The notes: a model not told the origin generated them from the letters alone. A stretch of DNA of 64,000 nucleotides from Octopus sinensis (GCF_006345805.1 NC_043009.1:45322001-45386000); one strand, 5' to 3'. Counted from the first letter of the stretch, positions 1 through 15,066 are shown. Numbers and translations: made by a program.

Positions 1-43
1 GACAAAACAATGTACATGATAACACTTCCAACCAGTTAAGATC
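1..43 (-). mobile_element. Fragment of the (TAA)n-embedded non-coding interspersed element seen at 59778-60330
   Basis: 1-43 matches 60247-60289 with one mismatch and abuts an (ATT)n tract, as the other copy does. Confidence 0.75.
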
Positions 44-44
44 T

Positions 45-490
<446 letters not shown>

Positions 491-528
491 CATTATTAAT
501 ATTAATATCATTTTTATTAATAAGAATA

Positions 529-849
529 CAGTGGAACTTCGCTTTACGAACGCCTCTCATCACAATCAAATCGGTTTACATACAATTTTTCGAACATAAA
601 ACGTCTAGGATGACAAACGGTATCTCGAATAACCAAAACACAAGCCGGCAACAACGGATGGTGACAAGCTGGGAACATCAACGGGAAAATATCAGATGCT
701 GTCTGGCTTTCAGACAGTGCATACCCCAGTTCGAATTCACCGTGTCTTCTGTTGAATTTCCTATAGAAAAAATAGTTTCGGTTCACGAACGTTTCGGGTG
801 ACGAACTTACTGCAGGAACGAGTTAAATTGGTAAACCAACGTTCTAGTG
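529..849. mobile_element. pogo/Tigger-like MITE
   Basis: Imperfect TIRs cagtggaacttcgctttacgaa and the reverse complement of ttggtaaaccaacgttctagtg, with TA on both sides (527-528, 850-851). Confidence 0.6.
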
Positions 850-1155
850 TATGAACATGAGTTGAAGCAAGGCAACATGTTTCAGAGACCTCTTGAAGAA
901 ATAATTTTTATTTCAATTTTTCTTTTTCTGAAAAAAAAAGAAAGAAAAAAATAACGAAAATTAACATTTTCAGTTTTATTAACAGAAACCTTGCAGGTTA
1001 TTTAAAGAACTACACTATCTCTTTGTGCATGTATGTATATATATATACATATATGTAAGTATATATGTATGTATGTACGTATGTATGTACATATATATGC
1101 ATATATATACATATACATACATGCACACACACACACGCGCGCACATATATATATA

Positions 1156-1668
1156 TCTATATATATAAAACTGTAGTTGTGTGAGTGTCTGTCCCCTTCG
1201 ATTGAGATTCCTAACTACTCCCACATTTTGCGGTGCAGTTTAACCAAATTCGGGTATCTTATAGTCATAATTCATATCGAGCCCGTCTGGGTATTAGCGC
1301 GCGTCTACGATGAGTCTACGATTTTAAAAATAATTTAACATCATTTTTTATTCCATTTTAATGCATAATTTTTCGTGTGTTGATGGCGGCGGAGTTGGCG
1401 TCCATGGTCACACCTGCACCTGTTTGCTTCTCCCCCTTCTTCCCTCCCTCGTGAAGCTGTGGGGAAGAGAGTGTAAGGAAATCAACGTCGTAAAGCGTTG
1501 TCAAGGAGACCAGCGTTCTTTTAGAACAATGACTTCATGGCTTGAAGACACCAAAACAGAAATGGCTAAGAAAGCCCGAATTGGCATCTATAAGGGAAGT
1601 AACTCTCTAAAAATGCTTATATAGTTATTTCCCTTACAAACCCGAGCAACGCCGGGCGATACTGCTAG
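1156..1668 (+). mobile_element. Non-autonomous Helitron, both ends present
   Basis: 5' TC at 1156 preceded by A; subterminal hairpin cccgagcaacgccggg (1641-1656); 3' CTAG (1665-1668) followed by T. Confidence 0.8.
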
Positions 1669-1944
1669 TATATATATATAAATACACACACACATACACA
1701 CACAAATACATACATGTATGTACATATATATATCCGTGGGTGTTGTAGCTGAATATGTGGAATAACGGTCTCGTGTTTGATCTTTTGTCTTGTTTCATAA
1801 TATTGAAAGCGATGACTCCATAATCTCTTTAATACTGTGAAACAAACCAAAGAGTGTCTAATCAATATTATCACACCTTGTAATATGTATGATGCTCTAT
1901 TATATTTCAACTCGCTAAAAGTTCTTTTTTAACTTTCAAGTTTC

Positions 1945-2105
<161 letters not shown>

Positions 2106-2222
2106 AATCAACTAATAAGGGCGAGAAAATTGGATACTAATTTAATAGTACATCCATTTAACACCAAGTGGCTTAGTGCATAAAAAACCTGGATTTCGAT
2201 AAATTTTATACATAAATATAAA

Positions 2223-2349
2223 AGAGTAACCACTATGTGGTCGACTCCAGCACTAAAAAATCGTTTGCGCAAGTAGTCGTTAAACAATTCTTTGTGGCTG
2301 AAACCTAGCAGATCTATTTTTAGTGCTACAGTCGACTACATAGTGGTTA

Positions 2350-2353
<4 letters not shown>
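2223..2353. mobile_element. Small fold-back, MITE-like unit with ~36-bp inverted repeats
   Basis: agagtaaccactatgtggtcgactccagcactaaaaa versus the reverse complement of tttttagtgctacagtcgactacatagtggttactct, 3 mismatches. Confidence 0.7.
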
Positions 2354-2421
<68 letters not shown>

Positions 2422-3378
2422 GCATAAGTATATGCATTAATAAACATATAATTACATAGAATGATTTTTCCTACGTTGAAAGTGTGTCAGGAATATTAAC
2501 CGTTAACATATAACATACATTGGCAACTGTGTTGCTTTGTACTGCTTTATAATCAAGGCAACAGTTATCTTACTGTCTGCTTTAAAGCATATAATTTACT
2601 GTGCGACTACGTCTTGTAAACAGATGATGTTCCTTACGTAAGATAACTTTGTCTTCACAATGATATAATATTGTCTATGGCGGTGAGTTATCAGTTACAA
2701 AAATAACAACTTCCCCATGAATACTCGGTCAGGCTGTTGAAATATGACAGCATCCATCATTTTTGTTTTCATTAGAAATACGAATCTTTAAAAACGTCTT
2801 TTTCTTGAACCGATGCTGGTACTTGTACATAGTATCGAACCTCTCTGAAATCACACATAGAACATCATCTTAGAAGACGAGAGGATATATTATGAAGTGT
2901 GTTATTAGATATTCTTAAAAGAATATGATGTCACGACTGGACTACTTTTAATCATATAACTGCTCAGTTAAAATTCTCTTTGGTCACACATCTGCAGCAA
3001 AAACGAACATGTTTTATAGACAACTCGGGTAAATATGGTCCAGGACACCCAATTCGTTTTCACAAAATGCTCTTACGTAAAGATTTTGTTTCAACTTCAC
3101 GTAGAAGTAAACCATTGTTGTAATAACATCTAAAAGTATATTCCTCAATGCACTCAAATGAACTGTATTACTGGAGCATGGGCTGAGGACTTTTGCGATA
3201 TCATTTACAATATTATATTTTTCAATGACATTATAAAGTGAAGTGCCTGGGACAATAGAATGGTGAGTTAATTACATATCATGGGTTTTGCTTCGTCTTT
3301 TTACTTTCATGGTTGAAATCCTACCAGAGTCGAAATCGGCTTTTGATTCATCCTTACAGTATTTGATCAAAATATTTC

Positions 3379-3684
3379 AGTCAGTAGCTGTCTGTGTCCT
3401 TGAAAAGATGACTTAATACACGTAACTTCCGCTAGGATTTGAGTCAGTAGCTGTCTGTGTCCTTGAAAAATGACTTTATACACGTAACGTCCGCTATGAT
3501 TTGAGTCAGTAGCTGTCTGTGTCCTTGAAAAGTGACTTTATACACGTAACGTCCGCTAGGATTTGAGTCAGTAGCTGTCTGTGTCCTTGAAAAATGACTT
3601 AATACACGTAACTTCCGCTAGGATTTGAGTCAGTAGCTGTCTATGTCCTTGAAAAATGACTTGATACACGTAACTTCCGCTAGG
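3379..3684. repeat. Minisatellite, 5 copies of a ~61-bp unit
   Basis: Unit agtcagtagctgtctgtgtccttgaaaaatgacttaatacacgtaacttccgctaggatttg repeated head to tail with a few substitutions and no spacers. Confidence 0.95.
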
Positions 3685-5168
3685 TGTCACAACTTGTTTC
3701 TATAAGCAGTAACAGCGCTGTGGAACTGAAGATAAACGTTTGATTCTGTATTACTGAGAGTATTTTAATTAGTTATACTGTGGTAGACGTGTTAAATTCT
3801 GGAAAAGATTTACCTCTTATTTGCTAAATACTACAACAAACTGAGATCACCTCTTTGAAATTTGGGTCATCTTTTTCAAAATACCTGTGGTTTTGACGTC
3901 ACTGCCATTATATAAAGGCCAGTAACTCCGCCCCACCCTCAAACGACAGTCACTTATATAAAAAGCTTTATAAAAAAATATGTCTCAGACGTAACAGTGA
4001 TATATGATAAAATGATAAAAAACAATGCAGATGACACTGGAGTGGATATCACAGTCGACTGTAAGATCGATGTACTTTGTATCACTTTAACAGCATCGTA
4101 TGAACTGCTTACACAAACTATATCAGATGACATAAAATGTCATGTGATACGTAACATAAAATTTCCTACGACGTCAAATCAGCAAAAGGTAATTGTATCA
4201 ACTCTAGGTTGATATCACCATATAGTGATATCTTTCAATCAATATAAAAACGAAACGATATCACATTAATGCTTCAGCATGAACGAAACGCTAAAAATAT
4301 CTCCATGGCGATGATATCAGACCAAAGATAACATACCTATGACAACACACCTACAACAGTATATAATGATATTCAGTGATACGTTTTCTGTACATAGAAA
4401 AGTAAATTAAAATTTTAAGTACTTAAACTTTGATTTTCTTTTTTATATTTCTTATATGAGCAAATGAAAAATAAGATGAATATGGAGTTTGTATGAAACT
4501 ACCAGAAACACACTCGAACAAAGCTACTTCTCCACATAATCATTTAGGTACATAAACGCACACATAAGTATTAAACACACACCATCCACACATAGACACA
4601 CACACAAACATCGATATGAACAGTAAAAAAAATCTAATAGTGAGCGGGTCGTACTCTTTGACGGTGCATTTGATCAGAGAAATTGAGACATTTATCGAGT
4701 TTTGGGCAATACATGTTACCACTTTTTTGGGAAAGAATTAAAGTGTATTTAGAATTTGAAAATAATTCTGAAGATAGATACACAAGTGACCGAGAGACTA
4801 GTCATTATTCTTTCTCATCGCCGAAGTAGGCGGGAGTTTTCGTAATTTCTGTTACTCCCGGTTTATTATCCATATTTTCTGATTGGTTATTTAGTTTGTC
4901 ATAATAACATTTGAAAGACCCTTTGACGTTCCAATACCTTTTAGGATAAATATTCTACATAAAGCAGTGACGGTCCCAATTCTAACAACATTTTCTAGCA
5001 AGAGACAAAGTACTAAGATGCGATAATTAATGAAGTTGTTTAACTATTATCTCCAGGTTAAATTGTTTAACTTTAAACTCCAGGTTTATTTGACACTAAC
5101 AGAGTCGAGAAGTAAACTAGAACACAGTCGTGTCTTCAGTATAATACGCATGTAGCTATATCCTTGCC

Positions 5169-5200
<32 letters not shown>

Positions 5201-5236
5201 TGTATGTATGTATGTATGTATGTATGTATGTATGTA

Positions 5237-5720
5237 TTGGCAACCCCACCAAGCTTGCTTGGTGAGGAGGGTGTTTATTGGACACCCTGCTGTATGAAAA
5301 ACAAAACCCATCAAAGGGCGGAGGAACACTTGAGAGTCAACGGCCATCCAATAAATGTGTAATTTTTTTTTTCTTTAAGGCTTAAGGCTGTATCATGCGC
5401 GGAGACATAGAAATAATCGGACTAAATACTCAATCGCGCGGTTAAACCATTGGGAGTGAAGGACTCCTAGCCTTTGTTAGGGCATCCTAACTCAGGTAAC
5501 TGGGATAACTCCGACATAAAACCTGCGGCTCAGTGGTTACCGATGATGTTGACTTGTTCTTCTTTTCGGATTATGGCTGCTGTTGCTTAGTGAGTGGGAA
5601 TGACTCAGTGCACAGCCTTTCCTCACTTTAAAAAAAATCTTGCACAGGCATTGCACGATAACAACATTGATTAAGCTTCGTGCAATGGCCATACTCGATA
5701 ACGAGGGGGCAGCCACCATG
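5237..5720 (+). mobile_element. Interspersed repeat, probably the 5' UTR fragment of an RTE-type LINE
   Basis: GC-richer block bounded by microsatellites and ending at gcagccaccATG. Family assignment is from my recollection of cephalopod RTE leaders and is unverified. Confidence 0.4.
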
Positions 5721-5759
<39 letters not shown>

Positions 5760-6125
5760 AATCGAAGTGGAACATGAAAATGGATGACAGAAAAGGACAA
5801 ATAAACAGAAATTCTCTCAATAGGCTCAGCGTAATTTCGGTGCATCTAAAGTTTAAAGACTTTATCTTCCGTGGCAGTACCCATCTGGTTGCGCCAGTGA
5901 TGCAGGGAATGTCACTGAGAACAAAAAGGATTAAAATAATTTTGTTTGTTATAGGCCTACAGTGATGTTAGTTTTACCCGATTATATTGGTCCCAGTACT
6001 TTGCTACCGGCCATAAAGTCAATCTGTCGTAAAGCAACATCCCTGAAATGGAGCCGAATATTTCACGCGAAAATTCTATCCTAGCTCATCAAATATTACT
6101 GAAATACACACACACACGCACACAC

Positions 6126-6184
<59 letters not shown>

Positions 6185-6568
6185 TCACACATGTCCGCAC
6201 ACGCCAGCGTATACATCAGACCTATTTTCATCAAAGGCCTTTGATTAATGGCTATGATGCAACACATTTTCTGAAATCGTTGCAGAATACGATTGAACCT
6301 GTATATACGTGTTACGAAGTTAACTTGTTCGCGATAGATGAATATCTGCGAAGTGGAAGCAATTCTGTATTATATATATATATTTCTTATTATTTGTATA
6401 ATTTGTATATATTTATTTTATTATAAGTGCAAAACAACGCCACGGAGTAATCGACGCAAGATTGAATAATGAACAGTGATATGTGAACCACCATAGGCGA
6501 ATAGTGATAGGTGAACCGCAATAGGTGCACCACGATATGGCGAGGAATTATATATAAATATAAATATA

Positions 6569-6600
<32 letters not shown>

Positions 6601-7088
6601 GTATAAATATATATATGTATGTATGTATGTATGTATATATATATATATATATAATATATATATATATATAGTATATATATATATATACATACATACATAT
6701 ATATATGTATATCATATATATACATATGTATTATGTAAATATGTTTACTGGCATAATATGCAATCAGGTAGATGAGCTTTTTAGTATTTCTGAGCTTTAA
6801 ATATCTTCCATTTTCCTTTCTCTAACTGTGTATCTAACTCTCCACAAACATACACCATACACATAAACACACACACACTCACACATTCACACATACACAT
6901 ATTCATTCTAAAACACTTCACTGTTTCATTTGCATGCCTCGTGGCTTCTTCATGTTAATGGCCTTGCTAACAGGTCGTGTTGAATCCTCGGTTCAGCATA
7001 TGTTAATGGATTTGTACTGGGAGCAAATAAAATATCAATAATTAAAGAAATCTAAAAATCAATACCTTCAAATGACAGTACAAAACGT

Positions 7089-7132
<44 letters not shown>

Positions 7133-7285
7133 TACATATATATATACATATATATATACATATATATATATATATATGCACATATATATATGTTTATATA
7201 TATAAAATATATATGTGTGTGTGTATATATGTATATTTATATATACACGCATATACATGCACACACTCATAGATTTATATGCTTA

Positions 7286-7320
<35 letters not shown>

Positions 7321-7449
7321 GCATGCGCACATATCTATGTCAGTCTATCTACATACATACCTTCATACTGAAAGCGTTATGAAAGCGGTGTAAATTTCCG
7401 AAGAAACAAATTTTAAGAATCTGTAATTTTATCGATTGGTTCCCACCCT

Positions 7450-7565
7450 CCCCTTCTTCTTCTTCTTCTTCTTCTTCTTCTTCTTTTTCTTCTTCTCTTC
7501 TTCTTCTTCTTCTTCTTCTTCTTCTTCTTCTTCTTCTTCTTCTTTTCTTCTTCTTCTTCTTCGTC
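7450..7565. repeat. (CTT)n microsatellite
   Basis: Direct reading. Confidence 0.97.
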
Positions 7566-7885
7566 CTCTTTCGTTTTCTCTCTCTTTACTACCTCCCATA
7601 TATCTGTGAACCACCTCTTCTCACACACACACTTTGCCTCTATCTTCTCCCATTTTCCGACAGACATTAACAGCTAAAACTCAAATCGTTTTGTAGAAGA
7701 AACACTTAAATGTTTAAGAAAGGGAAAATAATATTAGGGAAAAATGTAAAATGACACAAATAAACAAATAAAAGGAAACGCAAAATGTAGGGAGGGAATG
7801 TGAGAGATAGAGGGTGAAAGGAGTGAGGGACGAAATACATTAAAGGAAGCAAAGAACAGGGATTCTCTACTGACATCAAGAGGGA

Positions 7886-8133
7886 TATGCATACATACAT
7901 ACACACATACATACATACTACATACATACATACATACATACATACATACATACATACATGCATACATACATACACACATACATACATACATACATACATA
8001 CATACATACATACATACATACATACATGCATACATACATACACACATACATACATACACACATACATACATACGTACACACATACATACATACATACATA
8101 CACACATACATACACATATACATACATACATAC

Positions 8134-8164
<31 letters not shown>

Positions 8165-8165
8165 C
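7886..8165. repeat. (CATA)n/(CA)n microsatellite
   Basis: Direct reading; source of the MYVC/HTYI pseudo-ORFs. Confidence 0.97.
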
Positions 8166-8893
8166 AGAGAGGAACCGAGAAAAATAAAAGAGAGAGAGAG
8201 AGGTGGGGTCAGAGTGAGATATATTTGTTTACTCTTTAAGTGATTTCTATCGCTGATCTGGGTCACTGCCTTCGATCAGCTCATAGACAATTACCTGGCA
8301 CAATACAATCACCTTCCCCGTTCTTCCTTCTCGGAATCTCGATCCTCTGGAATCTCGTCTTTGCCCCAGTCTTTTCCGTAGACATTCTTTCTCTAAGACT
8401 GAAGGGAGACATTAATGACGTCAATATCACCGGTCTTAGAGGCCACGCAACAAAGGACTGTCCACGACCCCTTTAGAATCTTGGAAGCCCAGGATTCGTG
8501 GGAGAGCGAGAAGGAAACAGCTAGCTATTCTCAAATTGGAAACCTCATCCGAATACTTCCAAAATATTGGACTCCATACCCAAGGTCCTAGGTTGTGGTT
8601 TTTTTTTTGTTAAACTTGGTAACACATTAAATGAACCACCCAATGAGGCCATGGTGGGATTTGAATAAAGATCGCAAAGGGCTAGAACAAATATCGCAAC
8701 ACATCTGGCCTGATATTCTTACTTTTCCACCAATCTACAGCAGTGTGTGTATGCATGTATGCATGTACGTATGTATGTATGTGTGCATGTGTGTGTGTGT
8801 GTGTGTGTGTTATATAATTCATAGTTACACAGACACACACGTAAGTATAGAGAAACAGAGAGTGAGTGAAAACAGCAATAAATGAGAGAAAGT

Positions 8894-8924
<31 letters not shown>

Positions 8925-9539
8925 GAAGTAAAAAGACATACAGAGAAATTGAGAGTCTCCATATTCACTTAATCTGATCGATGACCTAGTTTTAAAGAGT
9001 CGGTGTGTGTAAGTGAGATTAAGTAAGTCAAGGTATAACTTTCGATATGTTACAAAGAATTACAAGGCATGAAATGCTAGTCACGTTATGTACATTTGCA
9101 GTACAATCTTCCCAGTGTCACAATACTTTCGCTGGAGGCTGTGTTTATTGATCTGTGGTAAGTATGGTATAGTGCATGTCAACAATATTTTAATAGGATA
9201 TTCAGTTTCCATCTAACAACGGCCATTATGCTCCAGAATGTTTTTTTTTTTACAGAAACAACCTCCCGTCTACTCCACCCTCATATAAGCAAAAAATACT
9301 GCAATCGAATTATTTAAATTTTTTTCTTTTGCTCTCTAGAAATTTTTCCAAACGATAGAAAAGAATTTCTTTTTTAAATCAAAGACGTTTTTATTTTTGT
9401 CTATTTTCACTTCAAGCTTTCTTTATGGAGCTACCTTTTGTTAGTTCCAATAGCATCTGTTAAATCCTTTCTCTTTCCTCTTCTTTTCTACTTCTTTCTC
9501 TCTCTCACACACGCACTTTTCTCACACCCCTTTTCTTGC

Positions 9540-9594
<55 letters not shown>

Positions 9595-11757
9595 AAGAGA
9601 AAATTGTTGTTTTCTGTAGCATGAGAGAGTAAACTTCTAGATAGTCTGCATCCATCCTAACAAAGTATAAAATGTGTGACTGCGGGGGGTGGGGTGATTG
9701 TACATTAAGTATTTGACTTCATTGCATTCAGCGTTCGAATCCAGCTGAGGCCAATGATACATATCATCCTTCCAGAGTCGCTAAAAGAAATTACTAGTGT
9801 AGATAAGTAGAATGGCGGAAAAGTTGGAGGGTAGAGCGGGATGGTTCACGATATTTTTTTCTGGTTTTGTATACTGAGATCAAACCCAGGTCTGTTTGTA
9901 ATCTGGTTTAACAAAATCACCTCGTCTCTGAATGTCTCTAGTAGAGCAGAGATAGGTCTTTCACACTTCCCTCTTACCACTCTACCGTCTATAAGGCTAA
10001 ATGCTTTATGGATGCGAAACCATTAGTCACTCTAAGACCAGGCATATAATTAACTTCCTATAAATACATAACTGGTCTAACTTTTAGTGTGCTCCTTTTT
10101 CTGATATATGGCCCGCTGACTATATATATACACACATACATACATATATATGTATGTATGTATATACCTGTTTGTTGTTTATACACCTGTCTTTGTCTTT
10201 TGTTTTTTGTAAATTCCAGCAATATATAATATATATATATATGCATGTGTGTGTGTGTGTGTGTGTGTGTACTATTGTACGTGTATAATAAATTATTAGA
10301 ATGAAGAAATTTGTAGACAGCTCCAGATTTCACTTACATCCTTAATCTCTGATTAACTTGTAATTTATTTTTACTAGTGAGAAACTGACAGCATCTGATA
10401 ATGTTAAGCTGTTTGTCTAGAGAAACCTTTGTTAATAAAAGGTTTGGGGTTTAAACCGGCGCAGGTAGTTCTATTTCAAATACTAATTCCAACATTTGCT
10501 AACTCATGTAATTTCGCAGAAATTTCAAGGACAGAGCCTTTCAATCTATGAAAGCAAATTCTTCACAGATTTTGATGACAGACTTTTCAAGTATTCTGTA
10601 CTGACGGCGAACAAGTAATGCAGTGTACACCAGTAGCTGAAACATCATACACGAAAACTTCAAAGTTATAATTGTTTCTAGGTCGCACCCTACTGGCACA
10701 GGAGCGGCTGTAGCTGTGTTGTGAAGAAGTTTATTTTGCAACCAGATGTTTTCTGTTTCGATTCTACACTGCCCATCAACTAAGAAATCTTTTCTTTTGT
10801 ATATTTTTTCTTGTTTGTTTTAACTAATAGAGCTGGATTTGTGTAATTCCTGATACAAAAGACATTCTTTCACCTTATAATAAATTTTAAATGTTAAAAA
10901 GAACACGGAACAGCTCATAAATTTAGTTATTCGATCTAGTTTCATGGCTTAGAACAGATGAGAAATACATTTGTTCATTGGTATGATGCCATCGCAATGC
11001 AGCTTCTTGTAATTAGTATGTATTGAAAGGTGGATCAATTTTCGCATTTAATTCTATGTAATTAACCGAAATCCACGTTTCTGAATAATTTCGATAGAAA
11101 TAATCTTTTACGAGCTATACTTCTATTAATGTTAAATTTACTCAGAAGTTTACATATTGATTATTGTTTGACTGGTAAGGGAAGCTCAGTTAACTCACTG
11201 ACGGCAATGATATTGATATTCTTGACGTAGAGAAGGTGGTTTTGTTTTTCGTATGCTATGTGTATATAGAAATGCTATCTTTTGTTTCATGACTTAAGAA
11301 TTCAGCCTTTGCTTGTCTTGAACTTCATAAGTTTTCAATCATTGACTTGAAAGACAGTTCTTACATCATGTGGCGTGGATGTAATTCTGTATTATTATTT
11401 TTTGGTTTAGTGATAACACAGTCTTATTTTTAAAGATTGCAATTAAGAAAATGTTGCATAAAATTAATAGATAGAACAAATAAGCTGATAAATTCTTACT
11501 TCGTATTCACATGCGAGCACAGACGATAAAATAGGAAAACCAAATGTTAGGGTATTCTTCTTGAATATTCGTAATTAGTAGACCCCTACGAAATAGAAGA
11601 TTGCTCCGATTAACCTCAAAAGGTGATATTCCGGCATATCTGCCCATCTCTTTCTCTCTCTTTCTCTCTCTCTCTTTCTCTCTCTCTCTTTCCTTCTGTA
11701 TGATTCGATCTCCTCCTCCTACCCCTCTTTCATCTTCGCTCAACCTTTCTGTATTTG

Positions 11758-11795
<38 letters not shown>

Positions 11796-12467
11796 CCTTA
11801 GTAGTCTTCTTTCAATCGTCTTAATCATTCCTATTCTTCCATCCTGGTCCAAATCTCCTGCTTAACGACTTTTGCCCATCTCATTTTCCCCATCTACTAC
11901 TATTTCATTCAACCTTATACCCCGCCCTTCTTTATTCTATGAATAATAGTCTTTAACGTAAACTTTTTAAACACTTATTGGACTGCTCAATAAACTTGTG
12001 GTGAGATATTTAGTTTTAATATTCGAATTTATACGATTCCTTTTATATCAGTTACTATTATCGATTGAGGCCATCTAATAATGCATTGTTAATGCAGCAG
12101 CTAACTTCTGCTTACACAAGCAAGCATGCACAGAACATATGATACTAAAATATACATTTAATACACCCCGCCACGTACATATACACATACATATCTGAGT
12201 GCGTGTTTGTACGTGTGTATGTGAGTATGAGTAAGTCATTTAAACTCACTCAATAACCTGTGAAGAGATCGAAAGAAATGTTTCTGGATTCCAAATTACG
12301 ATCAGTATATGCCATCTATAGCACAATTCTACATATATGCCATAATACAATACTACATATCAAGAATTTGCAGAATCTTAAGAATGTTCAGTTTTTTCGA
12401 CAGTTTTCTATATCTATCTATCTTTAATTTTTCGTTTATATTTTCGAATCCAGATTTGTTTAACCTA

Positions 12468-12569
<102 letters not shown>

Positions 12570-13162
12570 GCTACTTTATCATTGGCAAGGCACTTTCTTT
12601 TCTTAGTAGATTCTCAAGACACGTTCTTTGTAGCTGCGAACAAAAACGATTTTAAAAAGTTTCAAATGTCACAAGAAAATAAACCACATCTACTCTCACA
12701 AAAGAAACTTTTTTTTCATAGGTAGTGTGATAAAACTCAGACCAAACCAATACCAAGAATAAAAGAATCTACATGGTTAATCTGATTTTCGTCGATGTAT
12801 AAGACAGTTTGCACGCAAATGTCAGTGCCTTATTCTAAATGAATACGTTGATATTTAATGTGGCAGATCCGAATTCCAGCAGATCGAAGATTTCTGCTAG
12901 TTTTCTTTTCATTAGTCACAAATATTGTTCGTCCATGTAGCGGTTAATAATTCGCAAAATCTCTGTAAATTGTAAGTCTGAACGTAAGTCTGCATTTTAT
13001 CTCCTATTCTATGCGAAGAAATATGTGACGAAAATCATGGGTAAAGCACTATGTCATAGATGAGTAAAATATACACTACATACACACAAAAACACACATA
13101 ATTACCCATATATATATACACGCACATGCACATACACACACATCTAGAGGTGCAGGAAAAAC

Positions 13163-13217
<55 letters not shown>

Positions 13218-13450
13218 CATAAGATGAACAATTGCATTCTATTTAGCCTTTGAGCAACTTGCGTGGGCACTGCCAGCATGGAAAGTTCTTAATCTTATCA
13301 TTAATGGCGCGAAACTGAGTATTACCATTTAGTTGATAACTGATAAAGAATTAGGGACCTGTATCTATCTCCCGTGCGATTGTGCACACCGTACACGTTA
13401 TGTCGTTTGTTACTTATACATTTTTTCACTTTTTCATATATATATATACA

Positions 13451-13500
<50 letters not shown>

Positions 13501-13568
13501 ACCGCGTGTGTACCGTTGGCGATTTTTTTTCCTCTGTCTTCCCTTCTCTGGATCTTTCCTTCTCCTAT

Positions 13569-13603
13569 GTTTCCGACGAAGAGCTCCGCTCGAAACGTTA
13601 AAC
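13569..13603 (+). ncRNA. Minimal type I hammerhead ribozyme motif, variant core
   Basis: GUUU-CCGACGA-A-GAGC(UCC)GCUC-GAAAC-GUU-AAAC: stem I GUUU/AAAC, stem II 4 bp, palindromic stem III ACGU; U4C change and a GUU triplet. Confidence 0.6.
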
Positions 13604-14378
13604 CCTCCTTCCTTCCTTCTTTCCTGAGCGTCCAATAATACTATATTTGTTCCACGTCCTCGCGTTGTTGTGTTTTTCTTTTGTGCTTTCATGTTTGGAT
13701 TAACTTATATATATATATATATATATATTAGTAAACTTCGTGCGTGTGTGTCTATCTATCTATTTATCTATCTATCTATGATGTTCGTCGACTGGACGTC
13801 GAACAAAATCACTATTACACTGGAGACGTGCTTGTAACAGTTCGGATATCATTTCCACAATGGTCTCTCACCAGAATGCGTAGCTTTGATATTTTTTACG
13901 TTTTAGTCAAAAATATGACGCAGTATCCGGTGAAGAAGGACACCAACAAGAGGTCCACACTTGGCTTTCACAAAATGATCTCTCTCTCCCTCTCTGTCAC
14001 ACACGCACATACATATATCCGGTATTCGTATATATCCTGTACAAAGAGGCATGCCTTCCATGCTAGCTTTTAATCTCGTCATAGGACTTCTGGTTAAACA
14101 ACAACAACAACAACCATACCTAACACTGCTTGAAATAATTTTCCACAGACGGCCAGAGGATTAACCTTTGAATTGAACGAGTAAACAAGAGAAAAAAACC
14201 CCAACAAAAATCAAAAATGTTAACACAAAATAATTTGGGGTGAACGTTATACGTATTTGAAAGTCGAATACAAAATACCAGATGTCAGACACTTTTCATT
14301 TTTTAATATATCAGATCTTACTTGAAAGAAAAAAATGAGAGTATATATATATATATAAATAAATAAATAAATAAGTAA

Positions 14379-14485
<107 letters not shown>

Positions 14486-14876
14486 TAATCATGGTGGGAA
14501 AATTCGAGGCTGGCTGTTGTTGACTTCTTGTGGAGATGGAAAAAAAATCTAGTTATTTTGAATTTTTAAAGAATGCAAGTATATTATTTTTGTTCTATCA
14601 TCCTATTAGTGATAGAAATGCAAGGTAGAGGGGAAAAGTCTGGCAGTTCTATTTCTGTACTATTAGTACATGCAATTTACTGACAGCTCTCGTAGAACAA
14701 GAGGTAGGCTCTTTGAGAAACAAGTCACCAGACAATTTCGACTTCTTTGGTTAGAGCTGCTATTTTTTTCTTTTTGCCAAATAAACTAAAGACCTCGAGG
14801 CAAACACGAACGTTTCACATTCTTTTTTTCTGTAAGTAGCTAGCATGGTGCCATCCAAGAAATTACTGCAAGAATG

Positions 14877-14928
<52 letters not shown>

Positions 14929-14989
14929 GAATGAGTGCTCAAAATTGAGTAATGGATTTCTGATATATATTTATGTGTGTCTACCTCTC

Positions 14990-14995
14990 TGTCTG

Positions 14996-15066
<71 letters not shown>

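Noticed and set aside
2497-3360. Possible piggyBac fossil (TTAACCG start, a WFTS-like peptide on minus)
   Set aside because: I found no matching second TIR and no further transposase motifs.
3379-3684. CRISPR-like appearance of the 61-bp array
   Set aside because: The units are contiguous near-identical repeats without unique spacers, there are no cas genes, and the context is eukaryotic.
3894-3963. CRE plus TATA plus GC-box promoter-like cluster
   Set aside because: No downstream exon or transcript evidence, and TATA-like words are ubiquitous in this AT-rich DNA.
5440-5540. HDV-like ribozyme expected in an RTE 5' UTR
   Set aside because: I could not build the nested double pseudoknot by eye; it needs a descriptor search.
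8240-8476. ORF ending GLRGHATKDCP, resembling half of a CCHC zinc knuckle
   Set aside because: The first two cysteines are absent and no other ORF1/gag features are present.
10520-10741. Candidate exons on either strand (KFQGQSLSIYESKFF..., EVFVYDVSATGVHCITC)
   Set aside because: No recognisable protein family and no consistent neighbouring exons.
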